A stretch of 34,501 bases of DNA from Alphaproteobacteria bacterium (GTDB lineage Bacteria > Pseudomonadota > Alphaproteobacteria > CAAGCB01 > CAG-977): positions 930-35,430 of the forward strand of contig JAJXEL010000002.1 in NCBI GenBank assembly GCA_021639925.1. The letters run 5' to 3'. The notes beneath the pieces are model-generated. The model did not search any database. It was not told the DNA's origin and saw only the letters and a list, made by a program, of their open reading frames with translations. Below are positions 15,689 through 23,734 of the stretch, piece by piece (position 1 is the stretch's first letter; every line of letters begins with the position of its first letter). The position numbers and the translations under genes were made by a program.

Positions 15689-17018
15689 AGCGGAAAGAAA
15701 AAAGCAGTTAAAACGCTTTACGGACAGCGTTCGGCAAACGAACGCGGACATTGACGCTTTTTTAAAAAAGGCACGTCAGGAAATTAAAATGCGCTTGGCC
15801 GAAGCCCCCTCCGATTATCAGATATGGGCTTTGACAAACGTTCAAAAAGACATCGAACGCGTCGCCGAAGAATTAAAGTCCGAACTGCAGGCCGCGGGAA
15901 CGACAGGGTTTGACGCGGCGATAAATATCGGCGCGGCTGTTGTGGACGAACCGCTTAAATCCGCATTTAATTATGATTTAAACGCCCGCGTTCGGCAGGC
16001 AAGCACGGAACAAATCAAAGCAATGCGTTCTTTTTTAACCGACCGTTTGGCAGACGTCGGCGAACAGGCGAAAAAGAAAATAAACGAACAGCTGGGGCTG
16101 TGCCTGATTGGGGCGCAAAATCCGTTTCAGGCGGCGCGGGAAATAGCGGCGCATCTGGGAACAAACGGCAGATCCCGCGCGCGGCGGATTGTTAATACGG
16201 AACTCGGCCGCGCCTTTTCCGTAGCGACGCAGGAACGGTTAAAACAAGCGCAGGAAGCCGGATTAAAAATGAAAAAGCAGTGGCGGCGGTCGGGAAAAAT
16301 CCACAGCCGTTTAACGCACGATCTGGCGGACGGGCAAGTCGTTGACGCCGACAAACCGTTTATTGTCGGCGGCGTTAAAATGATGTATCCGCGCGATCCG
16401 TCCGCCCCCGTTTCGGAAACAATCAACTGCGGGTGTGTTTGCCTGCCCTATATGGACGATTGGGAAGTCGAACACCCCGCCGACGTTCCCTTTACCGTTG
16501 AAGAATTAAACAAAAGCCCCGAAAAGCGGATTGTCCAAGACATCAGGCGGGAAGATTACCGCAACTGGGCGGAAAAAATATTAAGCCGGGCGGACGGCGT
16601 GCGTCCGGACGGCACGTCCAAAACCGCAGGAACGATCAGCGCAGATATTTTACAGGCGTTAAAGGTGCGCGGTCTGGAACCTGCCAGCCCGGACATCAGC
16701 ATTACGGACAAACAGCTGATCCACCTGTCGCGCAGTGTTAAAAAAGAACGCGGACAACAGGTTGATTTAAACACAATTAAAAACCTGCCCGACCTGTTGA
16801 ATAAAGCCGACGTTGTGTTGCGCTCCAAAAACAAAAACGAGCTGGTCTATGCGTTTAAACGCCCCGACGGGCTGTATGACAAAGTGGCCGTGAACCTGCG
16901 CCGAAAAGAGGATAACGCCAAAAACGCCCAAACAAGAAACTGGATTGTAACGGCGGGGAAAATGGAAGAAAGAAATATCAGAGATACAAATAGTTATGAT
17001 GTTCTGAAAGAACGTTAA
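15672..17018 (+). CDS. MuF (gp30)-like head morphogenesis protein with a C-terminal extension of about 180 aa
   Basis: MuF-type core RARRIVNTELGRAFSVATQER...HSRLTHDLADGQVV...INCGCVC. The ATG at 15672 overlaps the portal 3' end. Confidence 0.75.
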   Translation: MNKTFEAERKKQLKRFTDSVRQTNADIDAFLKKARQEIKMRLAEAPSDYQIWALTNVQKDIERVAEELKSELQAAGTTGFDAAINIGAAVVDEPLKSAFNYDLNARVRQASTEQIKAMRSFLTDRLADVGEQAKKKINEQLGLCLIGAQNPFQAAREIAAHLGTNGRSRARRIVNTELGRAFSVATQERLKQAQEAGLKMKKQWRRSGKIHSRLTHDLADGQVVDADKPFIVGGVKMMYPRDPSAPVSETINCGCVCLPYMDDWEVEHPADVPFTVEELNKSPEKRIVQDIRREDYRNWAEKILSRADGVRPDGTSKTAGTISADILQALKVRGLEPASPDISITDKQLIHLSRSVKKERGQQVDLNTIKNLPDLLNKADVVLRSKNKNELVYAFKRPDGLYDKVAVNLRRKEDNAKNAQTRNWIVTAGKMEERNIRDTNSYDVLKER

Positions 17019-17019
17019 T

Positions 17020-17117
17020 GGAGTGGTCAAGGCGGGTACGCTACTCTCCGCTACATCCGAGCCCTTGTTACAGGGGTCTGACCGTCATCCGATTTCCTTG
17101 TCAAGCAAGACCACTCC
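17020..17117. other. 98-nt GC-rich element closed by a perfect 9-bp long-range stem; candidate structured RNA or miniature inverted-repeat element
   Basis: ggagtggtc (17020-17028) pairs with gaccactcc (17109-17117). Internal hairpins at 17031-17036/17047-17052 and 17059-17065/17072-17078. CATCCGA direct repeat at 17054-17060 and 17086-17092. Confidence 0.4.
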
Positions 17118-17170
17118 AATAATTTAATTATACGTTTTCCGTGAATAAAAATCAAGAAAGGAGGTTTAAG

Positions 17171-17287
17171 ATGATAGAAACCGTACAAATACCCGTCTGT
17201 ACCTGTCCGGAGGTCATTGATTTGTTTTATCCGAGCCTTTTCCTTTTCGCCGGATTTGCCCTTTGGCTGATGTTTAAACACGCATAA
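17171..17287 (+). CDS. 38-aa hydrophobic peptide ORF, not in the supplied track
   Basis: AAAGGAGG lies 7 nt upstream of the ATG at 17171. Translation MIETVQIPVCTCPEVIDLFYPSLFLFAGFALWLMFKHA, stop TAA at 17285-17287, followed by a terminator. Confidence 0.5.
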   Translation: MIETVQIPVCTCPEVIDLFYPSLFLFAGFALWLMFKHA

Positions 17288-17305
17288 AAAAACAAAAACC
17301 GAAAT

Positions 17306-17337
17306 AAAGCCGTTTAACAGCGGCTTTGTCATTTTTT
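17306..17337. terminator. bidirectional intrinsic terminator between the convergent 38-aa ORF and the 263-aa gene
   Basis: The stem 17306-17314 / 17319-17327 (aaagccgtt / agcggcttt, one G-U pair) has loop taac. There are 6 T at 17332-17337 on the + strand and a T-rich tract on the minus strand (rc of 17286-17305). Confidence 0.65.
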
Positions 17338-17383
17338 GGCTATGGTTCTTACGTCTTTATCCCCAAAACGCACACAGACCCGT

Positions 17384-18175
17384 TTAATACCCGTTTAACG
17401 GCGATGTTTTTAAGGCAAAAACATTTTTATACATTTCATCACGGAGCAAAAGAGGTATTGACTTAAGCAAATCATACTGAGAATAAAAATAGTAAAGAAT
17501 CAGAGAGGCAATACGCATTGCAATATTTGCATCATCACGTTGGGATTGGGAAAGATAAGATTGAAGGGCATAAGGACTGTGGTGTTTGTACGCGCATAAC
17601 AACTGATACATTTTCCGTTCCATGAAAATATGAGGTAGAATCTCTCTTTCCGCATCAGACAAAGACGGATCGTTTTGTTTTTCAGAAAGCTGTTTTTCCA
17701 TCTTTTCCAGTGTGGAACCGTGCCAGACTTTCCTATAATTCTTTCGGTTTAAGTAATCCGCATCGCTTTTAAATGTGACATTCGGTAATTTAAAGCGTTC
17801 CGGGTTTATTTGTTTAATTTTATACAAATATTTTCCTGCTTTTGCGGGCTGTTGGCTTAGGTGAGGCAAGCTTTCAATCCACCCAAAATCAAAAAATTCT
17901 TTAATTTTTTCTTCTGTATTGCAAATCAGGAGCCATTCCAAAACGATGAACTGTTCAAACATTTGACAGGCAATAATGCCGCCGCTGTACGGGTCGGCCG
18001 AAGATAAATATAGAACGCTTCTTGATGCGTTAAGAGCGCGTTTAAAAAATAAACTTTTTATCCTATCCTTTATCGTTCTTTCAGGAAAATTTTGTTTTTC
18101 CCCGAATCTGCACAGCTTTTTTAAGGTTTTCCTTAGCTCTTCCGTAGAGCAGTTATAATAATCTTCCATACACAT
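17384..18175 (-). CDS. hypothetical cargo protein (263 aa from ATG 18175; ATG 18169 is also possible), no family recognised
   Basis: Long minus-strand ORF inside an otherwise + strand late operon. Lower G+C than the flanks (hand counts of two lines gave 32% and 43%). The track start at 18214 is GTG and lies inside the shared 25-bp element. No clear SD sequence. Confidence 0.6.
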   Translation of the reverse strand: MCMEDYYNCSTEELRKTLKKLCRFGEKQNFPERTIKDRIKSLFFKRALNASRSVLYLSSADPYSGGIIACQMFEQFIVLEWLLICNTEEKIKEFFDFGWIESLPHLSQQPAKAGKYLYKIKQINPERFKLPNVTFKSDADYLNRKNYRKVWHGSTLEKMEKQLSEKQNDPSLSDAEREILPHIFMERKMYQLLCAYKHHSPYALQSYLSQSQRDDANIAMRIASLILYYFYSQYDLLKSIPLLLRDEMYKNVFALKTSPLNGY

Positions 18176-18195
18176 TTTAACAAAAACAGGGGCTT

Positions 18196-18220
18196 TCCCC
18201 CTGACAAATGACACAATTTT
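18196..18220. repeat. copy B of the shared 25-bp element tccccctgacaaatgacacaatttt, in the 5' flank of the 263-aa gene
   Basis: Identical to 11405-11429. It lies 21-45 nt upstream of the ATG at 18175 on the minus strand. Confidence 0.9.
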
Positions 18221-18289
18221 GAACGATTCCCGAATGCCTTATGGTGTCCTTATCGGTTGCAAAATGCAAGAACTTTTAAGGAGACCGCT

Positions 18290-18511
18290 ATGGCAAACAA
18301 GGAAAACGAAGCGTCGAAAAATGAAGCGGAAGCAAAAAAGGTTTCCGCCGGCATCGGCAAAGCAGACGTTTTAAAAATTCTGTGCGACAACAAAGTTGAA
18401 ATCATCGGACGCAAAGGTATTGCCGAACGTGACGTGCTGTCTTTTGCCGAACGGGGAAACGACGTCGTTGTCGTGACCTGCGACGGACGCAAACACGTTT
18501 TGAAAAAATAA
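18290..18511 (+). CDS. hypothetical small protein (73 aa)
   Basis: TAAGGAG lies 6 nt upstream of the ATG at 18290. Lys/Glu-rich N-terminus. Directly upstream of the protease-capsid gene. Confidence 0.5.
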   Translation: MANKENEASKNEAEAKKVSAGIGKADVLKILCDNKVEIIGRKGIAERDVLSFAERGNDVVVVTCDGRKHVLKK

Positions 18512-18522
18512 GGGGCGCAGGA

Positions 18523-20406
18523 ATGGATACGACTTTTCTGGAGGCTTTGGAAACAACGGAAAAAGGCGCGAAACGCTTTAAAATCCGCGTCATTTCCGCA
18601 GGCGTTTCCAAAAACGGAAACTATTATTCTCCGGCCGTCTTGCGCGAAGCCGCACCGTTGTTTGACGGCGTGCGCGTTCTGGTTCGTTCCGACGAAGAAC
18701 ACATTCAGGGCAAAGGAAAAGATTTCCGCAACTTGATCGGCCGGTTGGCAAATCCCCGTTTTATTGAAAGCACGGCAGAAATTCAGGCTGATTTTGAACT
18801 GATCGAACCGAACGGCGCGATTGCCGTGAAACTGCGCGAAGCGTTTGACGGCGGTATGACGGGATTGTTCGGTTTTTCGATTGACGCGGCGGCTTTAGCC
18901 AAACCGGCGCGCATTAACGGACAAACGGTTCGCGAGGCCTGCAAAATCACGCAGGTCAAATCCGTTGACCTGATCGTCGAACCGGGCGCGAACGGCGGCA
19001 TTATCGACTTTATCGAAGCAGTGAATGAAGAAGGGCAAAAAATGAGTGAAAAAGAGAAAGAAACGAAAGAAGAAACAAGCGTTCAGGAAGCCGCGCCGAC
19101 AATTACGGCGCAGGAGATTGACGATAAAATCCGAATGGTTGAAGCGCGCGCAAACGCCAAAGCGACGATTGCCGCCAGCTCTTTGCCGGAGATGGCGAAA
19201 GCGCGGTTGAAAAAGCATTTTGAAACATTGGCGGATTTTAAAGAAGCCGACGTCGAAACCGCTATTAAGGACGAACTGGACTATTTGGCGAAATTCACGG
19301 AAGCAAACGTCAAAGATCTGGGCACGGGACGCGCTGCGGTTACAAAAGATCGTTTGGAAACGGTTTCGGAACGATTGGATGCCTTTTTTGACGAAGGTCA
19401 TAAAGACCACCGTCAGGCGTTGTCGTTCAAGGAAGCATACGTTGATTTGACGGGCGACGCCAAAGTTTCGGGACGCGTTGAAAATTTCACCGAAGCATTG
19501 ACTTCAACGTCGTTTAGTAACGTTTTGGGCGACGCCATTACCCGCCGTTTGGTCAAAGAATACAACAACAAAACCCAGCTGGACGCTTGGCGAAAATTTG
19601 CCAGCATTGTTCCCGTGTCCGACTTCCGCGAACAAAAACGCGTTCGCATGGGCGGTTACGGCGATCTGGCAACGGTTAGCGAAGCGGCGGCGTATGCAGC
19701 CGTGACCAGTCCGACGGACGACGTTGCGAAGTATTCGGCGGCCAAGCGCGGCGGATTAGAAAAAATCACGATTGAAATGATTAAAAACGACGACGTCGGC
19801 GCAATCCGCCAGATCCCGATTAAACTGGCGCGAGCGGCAAAAAGAACGCTGTCGAAATTCGCGTTCAACCTGATTGTTTCCAACCCGACACTTGGTGATT
19901 CAAAGACGCTGTTCCACGCCGACCACGGCAATCTGGGGACGGTCGCTTTGTCTGCGGGCAGTTTTACAGTGCGCCGTCTGGCAATGATGCAACAAAAAGA
20001 AGCCGGATCGAACGAAGTGCTGTCCATTCCGCCCGCGTTTCTGCTGGTGCCGCCAGAATTGGAAGAAACGGCGTACAACCTGTTTGTCAGAAACACGAAC
20101 AATGACCCGCAGTACGTCCAGACAGTCAAACCCGAAATCATTCCGATCTGGTACGCGACGGACGCCGATGACTGGTATCTGGCCGCCGATCCTGCCGACA
20201 TTACCGGCATTGAAATCGGATTTTTGGACGGTAACGAAGAACCCGAACTGTTTGTTCAGGACAACCCGACTTCGGGCAGCGTGTTCACGAATGACCAGAT
20301 CACTTACAAAATCCGCCATATCTACGGCGGGGCGGTCATTGATTACCGCGCGTTTCAGGGATCGGTCGTTACGGCGCAGCAAAGCGGCGGCGGCAGTAGC
20401 GGTTAA
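18523..20406 (+). CDS. fused prohead protease-like / coiled-coil scaffold / HK97-fold major capsid protein (627 aa)
   Basis: The N-terminal ~170 aa carry S78-like blocks (VLVRSDEEHIQGKG, LFGFSIDAAAL). A charged helical linker covers about residues 180-300. The C-terminal ~320 aa are capsid-like and end in YGGAVIDYRAFQGS. No separate protease or capsid ORF exists in the head module. Confidence 0.65.
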   Translation: MDTTFLEALETTEKGAKRFKIRVISAGVSKNGNYYSPAVLREAAPLFDGVRVLVRSDEEHIQGKGKDFRNLIGRLANPRFIESTAEIQADFELIEPNGAIAVKLREAFDGGMTGLFGFSIDAAALAKPARINGQTVREACKITQVKSVDLIVEPGANGGIIDFIEAVNEEGQKMSEKEKETKEETSVQEAAPTITAQEIDDKIRMVEARANAKATIAASSLPEMAKARLKKHFETLADFKEADVETAIKDELDYLAKFTEANVKDLGTGRAAVTKDRLETVSERLDAFFDEGHKDHRQALSFKEAYVDLTGDAKVSGRVENFTEALTSTSFSNVLGDAITRRLVKEYNNKTQLDAWRKFASIVPVSDFREQKRVRMGGYGDLATVSEAAAYAAVTSPTDDVAKYSAAKRGGLEKITIEMIKNDDVGAIRQIPIKLARAAKRTLSKFAFNLIVSNPTLGDSKTLFHADHGNLGTVALSAGSFTVRRLAMMQQKEAGSNEVLSIPPAFLLVPPELEETAYNLFVRNTNNDPQYVQTVKPEIIPIWYATDADDWYLAADPADITGIEIGFLDGNEEPELFVQDNPTSGSVFTNDQITYKIRHIYGGAVIDYRAFQGSVVTAQQSGGGSSG

Positions 20407-20425
20407 TTAACGAAAGGGCAAGCCG

Positions 20426-21064
20426 ATGAAAGCGGATATTCAAAAATTGACGGATATTTTGGCGATTGACGCCGAAGGCCGGTTTTCTGATGAAGACCGT
20501 GCCGCCGCCATAGAGCTTGCCCTTTTCAGATATTCTTCCGACCGTCCGCGCATTGCCAAAGAAACGGTGGAATTTAAAGGGTTGCCCGTTCTTTCTTTGC
20601 CGCAAGACTGGCAAGCGGATTTTTCCCGCGTGCTGGACATTCGCACCGACGGCGGCGCGCGTGTTGACTTTGACGTTTCCGGAGAAAAGATCGTCATCAA
20701 CGGCTTTGTCAAAGCTGGCGAAAAAATCGTTATCACCTATACCTTGCCGCATATTTTGACCGAAACGCAGGACACGATTCCCTTTGTCGACCGCGAAGCC
20801 GTGGCAAATTGGGCGGCGGCGTTTTTGCTGGACGGCATGGCGGCGGGATATGCGGGGGCAATCGCCGCGACAATTTCTTCGGACAGCGTCGAACACGGCT
20901 CAAAGGCGAACAATTTCCACGCGCAGGCGGCGGCTTGCCGCAAGTTTTACCGCGATCACATGGGATTGGACGACAAACGGAACGCCGCGGCGGGAACAAC
21001 GGTCGTCGTCAAACGTTTAGGCACAAGCGGACGGATCGGCATTATCAGACGGGAGAGCGAATAA
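20426..21064 (+). CDS. hypothetical head-associated protein (212 aa)
   Basis: ORF in the head-completion position. TAATG coupling to the next gene. Confidence 0.45.
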   Translation: MKADIQKLTDILAIDAEGRFSDEDRAAAIELALFRYSSDRPRIAKETVEFKGLPVLSLPQDWQADFSRVLDIRTDGGARVDFDVSGEKIVINGFVKAGEKIVITYTLPHILTETQDTIPFVDREAVANWAAAFLLDGMAAGYAGAIAATISSDSVEHGSKANNFHAQAAACRKFYRDHMGLDDKRNAAAGTTVVVKRLGTSGRIGIIRRESE

Positions 21065-21576
21065 TGGCAAATTCCGTTTATGAAATCACCGGAGCCGTTG
21101 AATTGACCGAAGCGTTTAAAAAAGCCCCCGAAATTGTCGAAAAAGTCGGCGTTCGCGCGATTATCAAGGCAACGGCTTTGTTGGAGCGCGAAGTTAAGGA
21201 ACGTACGCCGTTTGGCGTTACCGGATTGTTGCGTCAAAGCATTGCAGCGCAAAAGCCGTATCGTTCAGGCGTTGATAACCTGATCGGTGTTGTCTCTTCG
21301 CCGCTTGATTACGCCGTTTGCGTCGAATTGGGGACAAAGCCGCATTTTCCGCCGATAGAGCCGATCAAAGAATGGGTTTTAAAAAAGTTGGGCTTACCGG
21401 TTGTTGAAGTCGAACCTGTTGCGCGGGCGATAGCTTGGAAAATAAAGGCGCACGGAACCAAAGGCGCAAAGATGTTTGCAAGGGCTTTTGAAGCAAACAA
21501 GGGGCAAGTTGAACGTATTTTAAGCGTTGTACCGGAACAAGTGGCGCGAGAGATCAAAAAGGCGGCCAAGAAATGA
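21064..21576 (+). CDS. HK97 gp10-family head-tail joining protein (170 aa)
   Basis: LLEREVKERTPFGVTGLLRQSI...YAVCVELGTKPHFPP matches the gp10-family pattern. The true ATG at 21064 overlaps the upstream TAA. Confidence 0.6.
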   Translation: MANSVYEITGAVELTEAFKKAPEIVEKVGVRAIIKATALLEREVKERTPFGVTGLLRQSIAAQKPYRSGVDNLIGVVSSPLDYAVCVELGTKPHFPPIEPIKEWVLKKLGLPVVEVEPVARAIAWKIKAHGTKGAKMFARAFEANKGQVERILSVVPEQVAREIKKAAKK

Positions 21577-22124
21577 AAACACAGGAAATCAGAAACGAAA
21601 TTATCAAAACATTATCGGGAATTCCCGATATCGGGAAAATCCAGCCGTTTGAACGCTATGCCCGAGATCCGGCGACTTTAAAAAATTTTTACATCAAAGA
21701 AAAAGAACTTTGCGGCTGGTACGTCCGCCGGACGGGCGTTCGGGAAGAAGCATGGACTTCCGTAAAAAACAAAGTGTTTCAGGATTGGCAGATTGTCGGG
21801 TTTATGGGGTTAAGTGATGCTGATGCGTCTGAAATCCTTTTCAACGCCAAAATCGACGCGATCAGGCGGGCGTTTCGGACGCGCGCTTTAAAATCCGCAG
21901 ATGAAACGGGATACGTTCAGGTTTCCGTTATTCAGCCCGTCATGTTTTGCGGCATTTTATGCCACACGGCGGAACTTACACTACAAACGGTTTCTTATGT
22001 CGAAATCGAAGCGGATCCGGACTTTGATCTGGCGGATTGGCTGACGTGCAAAACGGACTATGACGCGGGATTGACCGCCGAAGACATCATTGAATTAGGA
22101 GGAACAAATGCAGGTAAAAATTAA
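21573..22124 (+). CDS. hypothetical tail-completion-position protein (183 aa)
   Basis: ORF, ATGA coupling. Lies between the gp10-like gene and the sheath module. Confidence 0.45.
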   Translation: MKTQEIRNEIIKTLSGIPDIGKIQPFERYARDPATLKNFYIKEKELCGWYVRRTGVREEAWTSVKNKVFQDWQIVGFMGLSDADASEILFNAKIDAIRRAFRTRALKSADETGYVQVSVIQPVMFCGILCHTAELTLQTVSYVEIEADPDFDLADWLTCKTDYDAGLTAEDIIELGGTNAGKN

Positions 22125-22269
22125 ACCCGTCAACAAAAAGCGCGTTCTGGATCCGGCAACCAAAGCCCCGATCCCCGAAAAGGGCACAACCGTTGAATTA
22201 ACAACGTATTGGCGACGGCGGATTATGTCCGGCGAAGTCGAAATCATTACGGAAAAGAAAGGAAAATAA
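22108..22269 (+). CDS. Mu gp38-like small protein (DUF2635), 53 aa, not in the supplied track
   Basis: TAGGAGG RBS then ATG at 22108. MQVKIKPVNKKRVLDPATKAPIPEKGTTVELTTYWRRRIMSGEVEIITEKKGK fits the DUF2635 pattern (..P..G..V....YW.RR...G.V). Directly before the sheath gene. Confidence 0.6.
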   Translation: MQVKIKPVNKKRVLDPATKAPIPEKGTTVELTTYWRRRIMSGEVEIITEKKGK

Positions 22270-23724
22270 ATGGGCGATATTTCTTTTGCACAGATTCCAA
22301 ACAACTGGCTGGTGCCGTTTGTATGGTGTGAATTCAACTCTGACAATGCCGTTACGGGCGCAAGTGTTCAGCCGATGAAAATGCTGTTAATCGGGCAAAA
22401 GCTGGCGTCGGGCACTGCGGAAACGCTGACGGCGAAAAGGGTAACTTCCGTCGAACAGGGGGAAACGTTGTTCGGCAAAGGTTCCATGCTGGCCAGAATG
22501 GTCAAGGACGCTAAAAACGCTAACGCCGTGACCGATTTATACGCAATTGCCGCCCCTGAAGCGGCTTCCGCAACCGCCGCGACAACGACCGTCACAATCA
22601 GCGGAACAGCTTTAGAAGGCGGCACGCTTTGCTTATATATCGGTGATTACGCCGTCAAAGCCGGCGTTTCAAACGCCAATACGGCCGCGGATATTGCACA
22701 GTCTTTGGTTACGGCAATATCCGCTGATGCGGATCTGCCCGTAACGGCGGCGGCAGAGGCCGGCGTCGTAACGCTGACCGCCAAGCATAAAGGCGAATGC
22801 GGCAATATGCCCGTTCATCTGAATTATTATGACGGGGAAGTCCTGCCCGCGGGCGTTACGGTTGAAATCGCCGATTTAACGGGCGGAAAGACAAATCCGG
22901 ACATTGGCGACGTAATCGCCGTTTTGGGCGACGTTCATTATAATTTTATCGCAATGCCGTACACGGACGGATCCAATCTGGCGGCTTTAAAGTCGGAACT
23001 GGAAAGCCGCTGGTCGGCCTTGCGCGCGATTGAAGGAATGGCCTTCGGAGCAGTTGACGGCGATTTGTCGTCGTTAGGAGAGAAAGGCTCCGGTTTGAAC
23101 GATAAGCACCTTACACTCCTGTGCGCGCACGGTTTGAAAAGTCCTTTGTACGGCATTGCGGCCTCTTATATGGCGACGGTCGCTTTGTATGCGTCAAACG
23201 ATCCCGCCGCGCCGTTCCGCTACGATTTAAACGGCATTATGACGGGTTCGGCCGAAGAGCAGTTCACGGACGAAGAAAGAAACCTGTTGCTGCATGACGG
23301 AATTTCGACGTTTACGCGCTCGGTTGACGGAACGGCGGTCATTGAACAGGCGATTACGACATATAAAACAAACAGCGCGGGCGCGGCGGACACGGCGTAT
23401 CAGGATATAAACGTACCGCTGATTCTTGGATACCTGCGCTATGACTGGCGTAACTATATCGCCCGAAAATACCAAAATTGGAAACTGGGCGACGACGGCG
23501 CGACGGGCGCAAAGGTCATGACGCCCGCAACGATGAAAGCCGAAGCGATTGTTTGGTTTAAAACGCACGCCGAAAACGGGCTGGTCGAAAACTTTGAAGA
23601 TTTCAAGAAAAACCTGAAAGTCGAACGCAACGCGTCAAACCGTAACAGGCTGGACGTTTTACTGCCGCCTGATTTGATGAACAAGCTGGACGTCGTGGCA
23701 ACGCAGATCGCTTTCATACGATAA
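22270..23724 (+). CDS. contractile tail sheath protein (Mu gpL-like)
   Basis: 484 aa. Position and size fit. Followed by the tube gene. Confidence 0.8.
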   Translation: MGDISFAQIPNNWLVPFVWCEFNSDNAVTGASVQPMKMLLIGQKLASGTAETLTAKRVTSVEQGETLFGKGSMLARMVKDAKNANAVTDLYAIAAPEAASATAATTTVTISGTALEGGTLCLYIGDYAVKAGVSNANTAADIAQSLVTAISADADLPVTAAAEAGVVTLTAKHKGECGNMPVHLNYYDGEVLPAGVTVEIADLTGGKTNPDIGDVIAVLGDVHYNFIAMPYTDGSNLAALKSELESRWSALRAIEGMAFGAVDGDLSSLGEKGSGLNDKHLTLLCAHGLKSPLYGIAASYMATVALYASNDPAAPFRYDLNGIMTGSAEEQFTDEERNLLLHDGISTFTRSVDGTAVIEQAITTYKTNSAGAADTAYQDINVPLILGYLRYDWRNYIARKYQNWKLGDDGATGAKVMTPATMKAEAIVWFKTHAENGLVENFEDFKKNLKVERNASNRNRLDVLLPPDLMNKLDVVATQIAFIR

Positions 23725-23734
23725 AGGAGGAAAC

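Noticed and set aside
17020-17117. Retron msr/msd or type III (ToxI-like) antitoxin RNA
   Set aside because: There is no reverse transcriptase ORF (no YxDD protein) anywhere nearby. There is no tandem array of ~36-nt repeats, only a single heptamer duplicated once.
18176-18214. GTG start at 18214 for the 276-aa ORF
   Set aside because: It lies inside the shared 25-bp element and upstream of a hairpin followed by a T-run. The ATG at 18175 (or 18169) is more plausible, although neither has a clear SD sequence.
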